A stretch of 64,000 nucleotides of DNA from NCBI GenBank assembly GCA_951406725.2, contig OX597828.1, forward strand, positions 59,024,001 through 59,088,000. Direction: 5' to 3'. Below, piece after piece: positions 1-13,130 of this stretch. Position numbers and translations under genes: made by a program. Below the pieces are notes generated by a model that saw only the letters and a list, made by a program, of their open reading frames with translations, was not told where the DNA came from and made no database searches. Numbering within the stretch: the first letter of the stretch is position 1; every line of letters begins with the position of its first letter. This DNA is from Octopus vulgaris. Lineage: Eukaryota.

Positions 1-500
1 TTACGTTGTACGTTCAAATTCCACCGAGGTCGACTTTGCCTTTCATCCTTTCGGGATCGATAAATTAAGTACCAGTTGCGTACTGGGGTCGATCTAATCG
101 ATTAGCCCATCCCCCGAAAATTTCGGGTCTTGTGCCTAAATTAGAAACGAATATTTGTTGGTTTAAAAAGGCGGCGAGCTGGTAGAACCGTTAGCACAGT
201 GGGCTCGATGTAATCGACTTACCGACTCTCCTGAAATTGCTGGCCTTTTGTCAAAATTTGAAACCAATATTCAATGGTCTAAAGAAGGTAGCAAGCAGGC
301 AGAATTGTTAGCACAACAGGCAAAATGTTTAGCAGCATTTCGTGCGCCTTACGTTCTGAATTTAGATTCCGCCCTGTGTGACTTTGTCTTTCATTTTTTG
401 GGGGTCGATAAAATAAGTACGCTGGGATCGATTTATCAATAATTGACTTATTTACTTCTCCGAAATTTCTGTCCTTGTAGCACAGTTTGAAACAAATATT
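1..500 (+). mobile_element. Cluster of degenerate tRNA-derived SINE copies (family B)
   Basis: Head GGCGGCGAGCTGGTAGAACCGTTAGC (170), B-box-like GTTCAAATTCC and body GTCGACTTTGCCTTTCATCCTTTCGGG..GATAAATTAAGTACC; recurs at 285-500, 32520-32935 and 52830-52985. Confidence 0.8.
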
Positions 501-976
501 TAATGGCTTAGACTGAAGAGAATCAGTAGTGTCGATGACCCATTTGAAGGCCTCTGAGACAAATGAGAAGACAGGAGCAAGTCATTCTTAGATCGGAATG
601 CTGGTTTCAATACTTGCAATGAAGTGAACACACCAAAAGATAGCGACGAACATCCTGCCTGGCGTAAAAACTTAAAATACGCCATGTACTGCTGCTTATC
701 TCCCTTGTTCTTTACAGATCATTTATTCGTTTCGAAGTTGATCATTGAAACTTCAAAACTCGGTGTTTTCTTGCTATATGCAGTTCTCAAAACGACAGAA
801 CGATCTTATTTATTTATTCATTTATTTATTTATTCATTTGTTTATTGATTTATTCGGTCTGTAAGTTGTTTCGTCCATATTTAATCTTTGTTAGCAATTG
901 TAATATAGGGGAGATAACTATCGATTTCTGTGTAATTCAGATTGCGCAATGAAAAACTCACACATACTCGCGCGCG

Positions 977-1174
977 CACACACACACACACATATCTATC
1001 TATCCATCCATCCACCCATCCATCCATCCATCCATCCATCCATCCATCCATCCACCCACCCACCCATCCATCCATCCATCCACCCACCCACCCATCCATC
1101 CATCCATCCATCCATCCATCCACCCATCCATCCATTAATCCATCCACCCACCTACCCACCCGTCCGTCCGTCTG

Positions 1175-1267
<93 letters not shown>

Positions 1268-1268
1268 A
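977..1268. repeat. Compound microsatellite (CA)n-(CCAT/CCAC)n-(TCTA)n
   Basis: Direct reading; similar array at 34985-35240. Confidence 0.98.
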
Positions 1269-1269
1269 C

Positions 1270-2594
1270 AAAGTCATCAACAAGAAAACAAGACGACCAG
1301 AAAATGCACCGCAGGAAAAAATTGAAAAATGCCTTCGTCCTGCATGGGACTCTAAGGAGTATATCAGTTGGGTAAATAAATTTGGTACAGTCCAAGTACG
1401 TTTTTTCAACGAAAATTTAGCAAAATGATTTTCCACATTGGAGCTGCATTCAGACGACTTGGTAATGATACCAATCTATTTAAACCAGAGAGTGACAAAA
1501 AACCAAATAAAAAAATGTACCACATGAAGTCGAAATACAATGGTTAGTCTCTGCCATCTGCTTTGAAATGGCAGAGACAAACATCCTTGAAATCGCTTTT
1601 CTAGGACAGAAAGACTGGGTGGGAAAATCAATCCAATTCCTTCTTCAGTTGGATGAAACAACAAGAGAAAAGATACCCACCACTATAGAACTGCCAGAAG
1701 GCTACAAACTTTATGTAGTGGTAGAGGGCAGGCGACCACGTTGCTATTTGTGTGGAAGCGAAACACACTTGAAAAAGACGTGCCCAACCACTGCACACCA
1801 AGAGCGACAACAACCACTACCACAACCAAAACACTCCGAGAAAAATCTCTACTACCCACACCACCATCAACACAGAAGACGACAAGAGAAGCACACCAAA
1901 CTAATCCGTCAACAGCCAAAAATTACTCAACACCTGAGAAAATACCAACACCACCAACAACAGCAAGAACCAAAGGAACAGAAAAACAAAGAAAATATAC
2001 AAAAACTGATGATTCCCCATCCCTTATACCGCACTGACAACACACAAACACTCAACAACCAACAGCAACGAAAACAACAGCACAACCACTTACACAGAAG
2101 CCTACAACATACTCCTACCCCCTACTGATTCCTCAGAAAATTCGTCGGAAGATGAAACCAGTGAGGAATGGCAAATAGCTAGAAAAGGAAGGAAAATAAA
2201 GAGCAGAAACTCAACCAAACCAAATGCAAACACAAACAAAGCAGGGGGAAATACATCTCCCGAAGACATTTCAAACAACAGCCACACCAACACCACAAAA
2301 ATATATACAGCAAACATGCTCACAGCTATAGACACCAAAAACACAAATTTGATGGAATACATCAAATCAAAAACAAACATAACAGAAGATGACATAAAAA
2401 CAAACAATCCCCCATACACAACACCACCAGACCACATCAAAATATTACACATCTCCAGAAGTCTGCACCACACACTCAAAGGCATTTTCCCCAGTGCGGT
2501 TGGTAAATGCCAAAAATATCTCACAAAGAAACTTTACTGGGATCTCCTCGAGGACAAACCAAAGGAAGAGAAAGCAAAAACTTTCGAGCAGTAA
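1270..2594 (+). pseudogene. LINE ORF1 (gag-like, zinc knuckle), frameshifted
   Basis: CYLCGSETHLKKTC (CX2CX4HX4C) at 1742-1783; split over several frames; T/P/Q-rich low-complexity linker. Confidence 0.75.
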
Positions 2595-2638
2595 GTAACC
2601 CTCTGTTCCTTTCACTTGTATTCTAATTCATTAGGATT

Positions 2639-4617
2639 ATGATCAAGATTGGTTGTGTAAATGCGCGTGGCTTGGGGTCCTCTTGGAAACAAGGGTACCT
2701 CTTAAATGACATAAAGTCACACAAGTTAGAAATCATAGCCATAAGTGAGACCAGACTCCACAATCCGCGGGCCCTAAAGACCATGTTTGGCGGACAGTTC
2801 AACGTTTATTTTCCCCCTGTCTGCCAAGAATGGGCGGTAGTGGCACCGCGGTACTTTTTCGCAAGAGTCTGGATCTCAAAGTAAAGACAATATTCGTAGA
2901 CCCGGAGGGTAGACTGGTCGTCCTGGATGTCGACGGCAGCAATGGATGCGCTTTTCGACTCGTATCAGTCTACGCACCGCCCTTAACAGGTCGGGCGGAT
3001 TTCTTTCAACGTCTAGAAGTATTCTGGGGAACGTCTCGTCCTTTACTCTTAGTGGGGGATTGGAATGCTACCTTGGACACGCATGTAGACTACGTGGGCA
3101 GAGATAGGAATAGACGGGGATGCAAATGCCTCAGAGACCTGCTCAGACGCTTTCAACTGTCTGACAAGTTCCGACTAGACCACCCGAATACGCCAACGTG
3201 GACATGGAGCAACCGCATCGGGTCGTCGAGATCGTATCTAGATAGGATACTGTGTAGGACAGTAGATAGAGATAGCATAGGATGTCCACAATTCCACATA
3301 GTCAGCTACACGGATCACAAACTTGTGACATGTACGCTAGACTTAGGTAAGACACTTAGGCAGGGTCCCGGATACTGGAAACTAAACGCGTCTTTCCCAT
3401 CGAGACGGGTTTTCAGAGACCGGATTAGCACACTGGTAAAGAGGGCTTTGACGGGGGCCATCAACAACAAATGGTGGTTTGCCCTTAAGAGAGCAGTAAA
3501 AGCAGAAGCGAACAGGTACAGCAAAGCACTAGCCATAGATAGAAATAGAGTAGAGGGTGGGCTAGTTAAGAAGCTAGAAGAGGCAATTAGAAGCGGCATC
3601 GCATCCGACGTTTTGGCGGCGAGGTTGGCCCTCGACCGACACTTCAACGCCAAACACGAAGGGTGTGCTGTCAGAGCTAGGATGTGTACTCTAAGGAACG
3701 AAGGTGTTGGAGCCGCGGGAGAGGCCCGGGTGGCAGAGGCGCAACAGGGCAACAAATCCACCATTCGGTCTCTGGTAGATGAACAGGGGCACGAATTGCT
3801 CGAGCCAAGTAAAATGTGTGAGGCCTTTCAACAGCATTTTGCCCGACTGTTCGGGACGAGTGGCAGGCAAGAACGTAGGGTGGACTTCAGTGCCTACCTA
3901 CACAGTCTACCACGACTCTCGACAAGAGAGGCAGGGTGCTGCGAAGGTGCCATCACGGCGGCGGAAGTGCAGGACGCGATGGCAGAATGCTCGAGGGACA
4001 AATCGCCGGTTTGGGATGGTCTACCCTACGAGCTTTACAGTTGTATGCCAGACTTGTTTGGAGACGTCTTGGCAGCGGTGTACTGCAACTGGCAGCAAAA
4101 CGGGAGCATTCCTGGTTTCGTGATCCGAGGAGCCGTAACACTGCTGAAGAAAGATCTAAACAAGGGAAATCAAATAGATATCTTTAGGCCAATCACTCTG
4201 ATTAATGCAGACTTGAAAATTTTGGCCAAGGTGTTAGCCAAGAGGTTGGCGCTTGTCATCGAGAAACTGGTCGACAAGGCGCAAACGTGCGCCGTGCCGG
4301 GCCGGACCATCCATGACAACCTCCACCTGATGCGCTACATCATAGACAGGGTAGTTAATGAACCTGGCATGGGTGGGGCGGTGATCAATTTGGATCAATC
4401 GAAAGCTTTCGATAGGGTAGACCATCGATACTTGGAGGCTGTCCTCAGAGCGGCTGGCTTCGGTCCCGTCTTCCGCGGCTGGATAGCCGCTTTGTACAGA
4501 GGCATCCGTTCGGTAATTCGCGTAAATGGACATCTATCGAGACCTTTCGACATCGCACGTTCGGTCCGTCAGGGATGCCCCCTCTCGTCGCTTCTATACG
4601 TATTGACTCTCGCATAA
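2639..4617 (+). pseudogene. LINE ORF2: APE endonuclease plus partial reverse transcriptase
   Basis: GCVNARGL, ISETR, VYAP, GDWNA, SYLDRI, TDH (APE); DGLPYE, FRPITLIN.D.KI, LDQSKAFDRV, VRQGCPLS (RT). One frameshift near 2810; stops before YADD. Confidence 0.92.
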
Positions 4618-4964
4618 CGATCTGAAATACGATTAATGAACAACGAGCATACTACGCACGCATATCAGTCACCGGGAGCCCATTCGCCTAGTGAAGCGAC
4701 ATACGAACAACGAACAACGTACAAGCATGTGTGATGTGGGAGTATAAACGAACGGTTCCATACAAGAAAATGTATAGTGTACGGCTTTTCTGAAGGAAGT
4801 TACATTCAACCAGCGAATCTGAAATTTGAGCAACCACGAGTAAATTACACACGTATATTAATGACTGGGCGTGCTGCACAAACGCTTCGTTTATTTTCAC
4901 GTATTCATTTCATGTGCCTTATAAATTTTCATATTCTATACAGAAAATAATATACTTTTTATAT

Positions 4965-5823
4965 ATTTTTGGTTAATGTTTATTCCCGGTCACCAAAACA
5001 AAAGCAAAACAAGTGTAATTGGTTTATAAATAATATGTGTATTAAACAAATATGAAAACAAAAATTTGCTCCAACGAACCGGGGGTGGGGAAAGGACTTT
5101 CAGAAAATTCACGAGATCCGATTTTTTGCCCTCTTAACTTTTAGGGAAATGGATATCTTTTCATGAAATTGTATATAAATACCTTTCAAACGGCACAGAT
5201 TACGATTATAAAGAAATTTGTGGGGAAAATTTTTTCCTAGGGTGTGAGAAGACTTTCGACGAGAAAGAAATTCATAAATTATATTTTTGCTTGAGTGTAA
5301 TGGAAATAAGTTTTTTTTTTTTTTAAAGTTTTAGGTTCATTTATTTTTCGTTTGAGTAATCGAAAAAGGTTTTAAAAAAGACCCCATGTATCATGGTAAG
5401 AGAAACGAATTCATTAATACGGTGTTGAATATGATTTCACTATGGAAAAAAAGGTTAAGGGCGATTTAACTATTGTTTTTAGCACATCTCCACCGTTGGG
5501 ATCTTTTTTAAAACTTTTTTTTCCATTACTCAAGCAAAAAAAAAAAAAAATGATAATAATAATTCGTGAATTTCTTTCTGTTCGAAAGTCCTCTCCCCAC
5601 CCCTCGGAAAAAAATTTCCCTACAAATTTCTTTATAATCGTAAGCTATGTCGTTTGAAAGGTATTTATATATAGGCGCAGGAGTGGCTGTGTGGTAAGTA
5701 GCTTGCTTACCAACCACATGGTTCTGGGCTCATTTCCACTGCGTGGCACCTTGGGCAAGTGTCTTCTACTATAGCCTCGGGCTGAGTGGATTTGGTAGAC
5801 GGAAACTGAAAGAAGCCCGTCGC

Positions 5824-5886
<63 letters not shown>

Positions 5887-6290
5887 ATGTGTGTGTGTGT
5901 GTATGTTTGTGTGTCTGTGTTTGTCCCTCCCCCAATATCAAAAGGAGACCGATAGAATAAGTACAAAGACTAAGTCCTGGGGTCGATTTGCTCGACTAAA
6001 GGCGGTGCTCCAGCATGGCCGCAGTCAAAAGACTGAAACAAGTAAAAGAGTGAAAAAAAGAGTAAAGAGTCTATAAAATTTTGTTGAAAGATATCCATTT
6101 TCCTAAAAGTCATGAGGGAAAAAATCGGATCTTGTGAATTTTCCAAAAGTCCTCCCTCCACCCCCATCCCCGGTTCGCTGGAGCAAATTTTTCTTTTCAA
6201 ACTCTTCGTTTGATACACATTTTTTAAAACACCCATTACACTTGTCTTCCTTTTGTTTTGGTGTTAAAGTAAACATTAACCATATTTTGT
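4965..6290. mobile_element. Foldback/MITE-like element with long imperfect inverted arms, interrupted by a SINE
   Basis: About 4970-5170 is the reverse complement of about 6085-6285 (GGTTAATGTTTA..CACCAAAACAAAA..AAATTTGCTCCA.CGAACCGGGG..AAAATTCAC.AGATCCGATTTTTT); related pieces at 37540-38070. Confidence 0.65.
5674..6070 (+). mobile_element. tRNA-derived SINE family A with internal (TA)n(TG)n
   Basis: Head GGCGCAGGAGTGGCTGTGTGGTAAG; tail GGCGGTGCTCCAGCATGGCCGCAGTC..GACTGAAACAAGTAAAAGAG; more than 10 copies in the window. Confidence 0.9.
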
Positions 6291-6345
6291 TTGCAAAATA
6301 ACATAATCACGGATGAACAGAAGTAAGACAAAGCGAAGCGCGCGC

Positions 6346-6411
<66 letters not shown>

Positions 6412-6616
6412 TGTGTCTCTTTTATCTTTTGTTTCGGCCCTATACTGGGGCACTGCTTTTGAGGGTTTAGTTGAAAAAAAATCGACCCCAGTATTTTTTA
6501 TTGTTTTAAGTCAGGTACTTATTCTATCGGGTTTTTTTGTCGTTCCGCTAAGTTACGGAGACGTAAACAAATCCTCATCGGCTGTGAAGTTGAGGGAGAG
6601 AAACACGAACACAAAG

Positions 6617-6964
6617 ACACACACACACACACACACACATACATACATACATACACACATACATACATACATACATACATACATACATACATACATACAT
6701 ACATACATACATACATACATACATACATACATACATACATACATACATACATACGTACATACATACGTACATACATATAAACACACACACATACATACGT
6801 ACATACATACATACATACACACATACATACATACACACATACATACATACACACGCGCATACATACATACATACATACATGCATACATACATACATACAT
6901 ACATACATACATACATACATACATACATACATACATACATACATACATACATACATACATACAT
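6617..6964. repeat. (CA)n/(CATA)n microsatellite
   Basis: Direct reading. Confidence 0.98.
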
Positions 6965-8469
6965 AATTTTTATAGGAAGTCTTCTATGAATATATTTAAG
7001 GAGTTACATCTCTTATTCCTAATTGATGCTTTGTTTCAATAAATATTTTGAAAATCCTGTGAAATTCCTGATACAGTAACTACGACAGCTTCCTAAGCCT
7101 GACAAACCTTTGCACACAGAGCATAAACGAAATACCTTCCTAGTCTCTATATACTGGAAGGGGTTCCCATTAACAACTCCTCAGTAATTGCCCCAAAGCG
7201 TTAGCTGACAGCCTCTAGCGTCAGCGCCATGACCAGAAGCTCGGAGCAAATCCACTAAACATCACTTCGGCATGAAAACCACCCTCCTTTTCCAAAGCTG
7301 GAAAGAAGCTCTTTCCACAGAGAAGACCATGTCTGTTTTCCACAGACCAAGGTGGCAGCGAAGAGTGGATCTAGTAAAATCAACTAAAGTTTCCTGATCG
7401 GATCTTACGAATAACTCTCCGTCCAAACACGATCATCTCAAATTCCGTCAAGTAGGTGATCGGGAGGAAAGTGATTGTGTCCTGGTAAGAACCCAATGAA
7501 AAGTGTCACCAGAGAAAGCTTGCTAAATATCAGGAGTTGGTAGAGTAGCACAGAAGCCGAGATTAGTGGGCTCACAACGAACTAGCTTAAGTGGTTTGCC
7601 TGGGACTTCTGGGGTGCCCAGTCTGCAAAGCGCATAGAGAGAGCTTCGAATCATGAGACATTAGTTCCTTCATTGAAGTCGCAAAGAAAACAACATGTAA
7701 CTCTGGATAAAGAGAACAAACCTGTAGTTTGTTGCAGCTGGAATGCAAGCTGGGACGTCATTAAATTTGGTTGCATTATCTAGGCGAGAAGGTCTGATTT
7801 GAAAGATGTAAAAATCTCCTGCGTTCTCCGAAACATCACCAATAATCTCAGAGCATCTGATGCCTAAATCTTTGGAGATTAACTAATGGAAACTGGAACA
7901 GACCAGGTAACGACCAAGAATTGTCTGATATCAACTGGAGAGTCAGGTGACACCACAGAAAGACAACCGGGGCAAGTTGGCTCCCATCCCGAATTGTAAA
8001 ACTTAATCAATACTTCCAATTACACCTCATAAAACGTATCTCCAGAGGATCCAAGAAGTAGGGGTATGAGAGCTCCATCAGGACGGACTTGAAGATTTTC
8101 ATCTATAAAGGTTCTGACATACACCAACGACAAAACGATAATGAATTCAAGATATATTCATTACGCGGCCTCTAATCCATCTGGCTAAAATAAGCAAAAA
8201 TAACAAACTTAACTGAAAATAGTGTCCTTTGTAAAAAGTCTACAGCTGAAATAGTTGTTGAAAGTCTATGTGAGAGTCTTATGTCCGTGCAAAAGTTCAT
8301 AGAAAATGCAGGATTTGTACGCTAGGACGAGACGAAAAGCGTGTGTTTTTCTCAAAAACGCTGAGAGTAAAAGATGTTTTATATGACACATTCTACCAGT
8401 ATCCGAAGTTTCAAATGTTACAAAAAATTATTTTTTAAATCTGTCGGTCAAAAGGTAAAGACCCTACAT

Positions 8470-8631
8470 TTTACTGGTTTCGGTCACTAGTCTGCGGCCA
8501 TGCTGGGGCACTGTCTTCAAGAATTTTAGTCAAATGAATCTACCCCAGTTCAAGTCTCTTTTGCTGAACCGCTAAGTTACGAGGACATAAACATACTAAC
8601 CGGTTGTGCAGTGGTGGGGAACAGACACACA

Positions 8632-8670
<39 letters not shown>

Positions 8671-8745
8671 ACACACATATATATATATACGCAGTGGAAC
8701 TGAACCATGTGGTTGGCAAGCATGCTTCTTACCATACAACCACTT
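8470..8745 (-). mobile_element. SINE family A, internally deleted
   Basis: Reverse-complement match to the tail and head of 8950-9350. Confidence 0.75.
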
Positions 8746-8949
8746 AAGCACTTTTGATCATAAACTCAGTTCAACAAGAGTTGGCCTGGGGCTGAACAAT
8801 ATAACAACAGCATCTTCATCTGCTGCTGCTGATACTACTACTACTACTACTACTACTACTAAAAATGCCAAGATCACGAAATGCTCGTCTCTGTTTTCTT
8901 CTAGCCGGCCATGTTCATAATTAGACACAAGGTCACAATGAGATATATA

Positions 8950-9120
8950 GGCGCAGGAGTGCCTCTGTGGTAAGTAGCTTGCTTACCAACCGCACGGTTC
9001 CGGGTTCAGTCCCACTGCGTGGCACCTTGGGCAAGTGTCTCCTGCTGTAGCCTCGGTCCGATCAAAGCCTTGTGAGTGGATTTGGTAGACGGAAACTGAA
9101 AGAAGCCCGTTGTATATATG

Positions 9121-9151
<31 letters not shown>

Positions 9152-9350
9152 TTGTGTGTCTGTGTGTCTCCCTCAACATTGCTTGACAACCGATGCAGGT
9201 GTGTTTAGGCTCCCGTAACTTAGCGGTTCGGCAAAAAGAGATAGATAGAATAAGTACTAGGCTTACAAAGAATAAGTCCTGGGGTCGATTTGCTCGACTA
9301 AAGGCGGTGCCCCAGCATCGCCGCAGTCAAATGACTGAAACAAGTAAAAG
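8950..9350 (+). mobile_element. SINE family A, full length
   Basis: A-box-like head, B box GGTTCAGTCCC, CCTTGGGCAAG motif, tail ..GACTGAAACAAGTAAAAG. Confidence 0.92.
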
Positions 9351-9360
9351 AAAAAAATAA

Positions 9361-9527
9361 GGTGATCCTTCGGTATAAGTACCGTAAGTGGCTTTGTTTA
9401 CATTTCTGAAGATAACAGAAACCCTTACTCTAACTCTAACCCTAACCCTAACCCACCATATATATAAAGAAAAAACACTTTCTTGACATGTATCCGTTAC
9501 TTCCGGTACTTATACCGAAGTTACGCC
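9361..9527. mobile_element. 167-bp MITE with about 29-bp TIRs and internal (CTAACC)n
   Basis: Left GGTGATCCTTCGGTATAAGTACCGTAAGT vs right reverse complement GGCGTAACTTCGGTATAAGTACCGGAAGT; AAAAATAA on both flanks. Confidence 0.8.
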
Positions 9528-9639
9528 AAAAATAAATAAAAGAAAAAGGAATACGGAAGGCATCATCACGTCCGGTTCTTTAGCAATTCCGAAGATATTT
9601 TAAAAGGAATAATATTTCATGGTATACACTTTATGCTTC

Positions 9640-9830
9640 GACACCGCTTCGAGTACGCTCCAATGCGCACGCGTAATCACAATACTCGTAACGAAGTAAA
9701 TCTGACATCGTTGTTGTTTATTATTTCAACAGATTCCGAAGCATTTCGACTCGAGATAGATTTTATCCATTTATCACAAACTCCCGGATGCAGAAGCCGA
9801 GTCTGATGCTGCTCTTTGCTTATTGTAAAT
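9640..9830 (+). promoter_or_regulatory. Candidate promoter / non-coding first exon of the zinc-finger gene
   Basis: Locally CpG-rich unique sequence, TGCGCACGCG (NRF1-like), possible donor GTAAAT near 9825; inference only. Confidence 0.3.
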
Positions 9831-10419
9831 ATTCTTCCCTTTTTATACACTTTGTCTGTTTTCTTCTTCCTTTTATTCTCGGGTCCCTCTCTAACATCTT
9901 GCTTCGCCCCCTCCTTTAGTTTTCCTCTTTATTTCCACCCAGATTCGATGTCATTCAATATATGTGACGCCTAACCTCACACTCTAGATTGATGGTCGCG
10001 TGTGTCTGTGTCGGGAGAAATAGAAAAACTTTCCCCAGCAACAACGGCCCCGTTCGAAATGTCCATCTTACTTTTTACTTCCTTTCACAGCCACCAACAT
10101 ATTCACGCATTTTACCCTTTTACACGTTTTAGTCATTTGACTGCGGCCATGATGGAGCACCGCCTTTAGTCGAAGAAATCGACCCCAGGATTCTTTATAA
10201 GCCTAGTGCTTATTCTATTGGTCTGTTTTGCCGAACCGCTATGTTTCGAGGACGTAAACACACCAACATCGGTTGTCAAGCAATGGTAGGGAGACAAACG
10301 CACACACACATATACATACATACATACATATATATAATACAAATAAGAAAATGGAGAAACAAATTTGGTTTGTTTATCAACTTACAGATATAATGTTGGA
10401 TTATTTATTCATTTTACAT

Positions 10420-10560
10420 ATCATCATCATCATCATCATCGTTTAACGTCCGCTTTCCATGCTAGCATGGGTTGGACGGTTCAACTGGGGTCTAGGGAGC
10501 CCGAAGGCTGCACCAGGCCAGTCAGATCTGGCAGTGTTTCTACAGCTGGATGCCCTTCCT
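10420..10560 (-). mobile_element. RTE 3'-end fragment (family C, (GAT)n tail)
   Basis: Reverse complement ..AACCCATGCTAGCATGGAAAGCGGACGTTAAACGATGATG; related copies at 38505, 41145, 45990, 51262, 53470, 55541. Confidence 0.8.
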
Positions 10561-11036
10561 AAATTCATGTCTTTACACCACCCTCATCACCTCCACAAAT
10601 TCTATGCCCTAAATTTTTTGGTACTACTTAAATACAGAGGTCCTGACGCATCTCCGTAGCCCTAATCCTAGCTAACCCTAACACTAAATAGTGTGGACTG
10701 TAAAAACATTGTTACGTAGTGCCAATTTTTTTTACCATTACTCCTGTCTTACGAGGCGGGTGACCGTCCGTACGTCCACCCATCTTTTCCACCCACTATT
10801 CTTGTGAGGGTTGTGGAGTTCGTCATCTGGTACCTCTTCCATATGATTTACCAAAAGCAACCTTCTGGATTTTTGAGTGTGATCGACTGAGATTAAGGCT
10901 ATTATCTACCCATCTTGTTCTTGGTCTACCACTAGGAGACAGATATAATGGTAAAACATTACAAAAGTATTCCGTACAAAAGAAATATATGTTAAAAGAA
11001 AATGTAATCAAAAGTGAAATACAAAGAAATTGGGTT

Positions 11037-11105
11037 AGCAGAATGATAGAATGGAAGTGTGCTGGGCTCATAACCCAGAGCTCCGATCGAAACTACGCTC
11101 TGCTA
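11037..11105 (+). pseudogene. Initiator tRNA-Met(CAT) pseudogene
   Basis: AGCAGA...GGAAGTGTGCTGGGCTCATAACCCAGAG..GATCGAAAC..CTCTGCTA matches eukaryotic tRNA-iMet (A1-U72, GATCGAAA T-loop); D arm mutated, short deletion before the T loop. Confidence 0.85.
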
Positions 11106-11235
11106 ACTTTGTAGGTGCAAGAATAGCTCTTCGCGGCACCTTGGGCAATGTCTTTATGTCTTTCACTAATGTCCCGGTCTGACCAATGCCTTGCAAATAA
11201 ATTTGGTTGAAGGAAATTGTATGCAAGCTCGCCGC

Positions 11236-11275
<40 letters not shown>

Positions 11276-11961
11276 CGTGCACACCACTTGACAACCGGTG
11301 CTGGTTTGTTTACGTCCCCCGTAACTTACTGGTTCGGTAAGAGAGAGCGTTAGAATAAGTAGCAGATTTAAAAAAAAAAGATTATGTATTGGGGTCGATT
11401 TGTCCGACTAAACATTTCAAAGTGATGCCCCAGTATGGCTACTGTCAAGAAATAGACCAGACTAAAAATTTTAGATATTCTCTCTGAAGTATTATTTAAC
11501 ATTTAAACCGACCATATCAGGCCCAAATATTGTTTTCTCTTCAAACGAGCCAGATCTGGCCTCTCCCGTATATTGTAATTCTAAAAATAAAGTCATATCA
11601 TTGAAATCCCAAAGATACAAGATAATATATGATAATGCAACACTTATTTATACACTGATCATATATTATCATATATTATCATATATTATCATATATTATC
11701 TTGTAGCTTTGGGATTTCAATGATATGACTTTATTTTTAGAATTACAATATACGGGAATTTGTGGAGGTGATGAGGGTGGTGTAAAGACATGAATTTAGG
11801 AAGGGCATCCAGCTGTAGAAACACTGCCAGATCTGACTGGCCTGGTGCAGTCTTCGGGCTCCCCAGACCCCAGTTGAACTGTCCAACCCATGCTAGCATG
11901 GAAAGCGGAAGTTCTTCACCACCTCGTCCCAGGTTTTCCTGGGTCTACCTCTTCATTATTA

Positions 11962-12004
<43 letters not shown>

Positions 12005-12429
12005 ATAGTGTCAATGAATTTTATAACTGTTAGCTGCTTTTTTGTAGGTTTTTATATTACTATTTTTATTTGTGTTTATAACATTTTAAATCCAGGTTTT
12101 GAAACCTTAGAATTAAGGGTGGGTGTTATACATGAAAACTAGTTTGTAAAAATACTTGGAATTGTTTTTTTTTTAATGTATATATAACAAAAATGACTAT
12201 TATCTTAGTACCAGCCTTTAGTGATACAGAGATATTTTTCTGAGATTTCTTTGCCCAAAATTAGCAATGTGCTTTATACTTGAGGGAAAATTATAGCTGA
12301 ATAAACACAATATTTCAGGTTATTAAGTTTACAATTTTGCTTCCACAGTTTTTGTCATAATGTCATGCAGACAGACATTGCACATACATAAAGAACTAGG
12401 CCAACCATTATTCATCTTTGTATATGATT

Positions 12430-13130
12430 TGCATGGACAACTAGAAGTTCCTTCAAGGTAGCCTACTATGGGCAACAGATCAAATTTGTGGCTGGTACAA
12501 AGTTCCAGCCAGACATAGGGTGACTTGATGGTGGGTCATTGAAGAAAACGGTGCCATAAGAGCAAAGAAACAGGCATAGAGGAACTGGGGCAACTGAGAA
12601 CTATACTAGGTTGCTAGAAGAGAAGCTAGGTGGCAGGTATATTTCACTTGGGGAAAAGCAAAATGGAAGAAATTTGTCAATGTTCTGTGGTGTAAGAACT
12701 AGAGGCATGATATCTTCTGGATAGTAAGACAGCATACAAAGAAAATCATGATGTTGTAGATGAGAGGTGTGCTTGAATGGATGATGGTACTCTGGGGAAA
12801 AAAAAGAGGTGGCATGAAAGTGTCACTATGAAAGGCTTCTAAATGTGGAGAATGCATGGGAAAATGAAAGTGTTCCTAATGTGGACCCAATAGAGAGACC
12901 AAATATCCGAGTAGACAGCTGCATTGTAGATAAGGCAATTAAGGATACAAAGATCAGGAATTACCACCAGGACACTTAAGATATCTGGCAGGGTGGGATA
13001 TGGCCTGATTACTTGTACAGTTGATAAGGTCATCCAGAAGGAGTTATATTCAATGACTGATGTAGCAGCATCATAGTCAGCTGCTACGTGGGTAAAGGAG
13101 ATGTCTTGGACAAAAGTAGTTACAGTGATA
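12430..13130 (+). mobile_element. Degraded RTE LINE fragment
   Basis: Translates to VDKAIKD..GRVGYGLI..IIVSCYVGKGDVLDK, homologous to 50200-50472 (-). Confidence 0.7.

Larger units (their letters stand above)
1270..4617 (+). mobile_element. Tx1/L1-clade-like LINE, 3'-truncated
   Basis: Disrupted ORF1 with CCHC knuckle followed by APE endonuclease and RT; ends inside the RT. Confidence 0.88.

Noticed and set aside
510-775. CTGAAGA ... AAAACTCGGTGTTTTC as a further hammerhead
   Set aside because: Boxes are about 230 nt apart, GAAA is absent and the stems pair poorly
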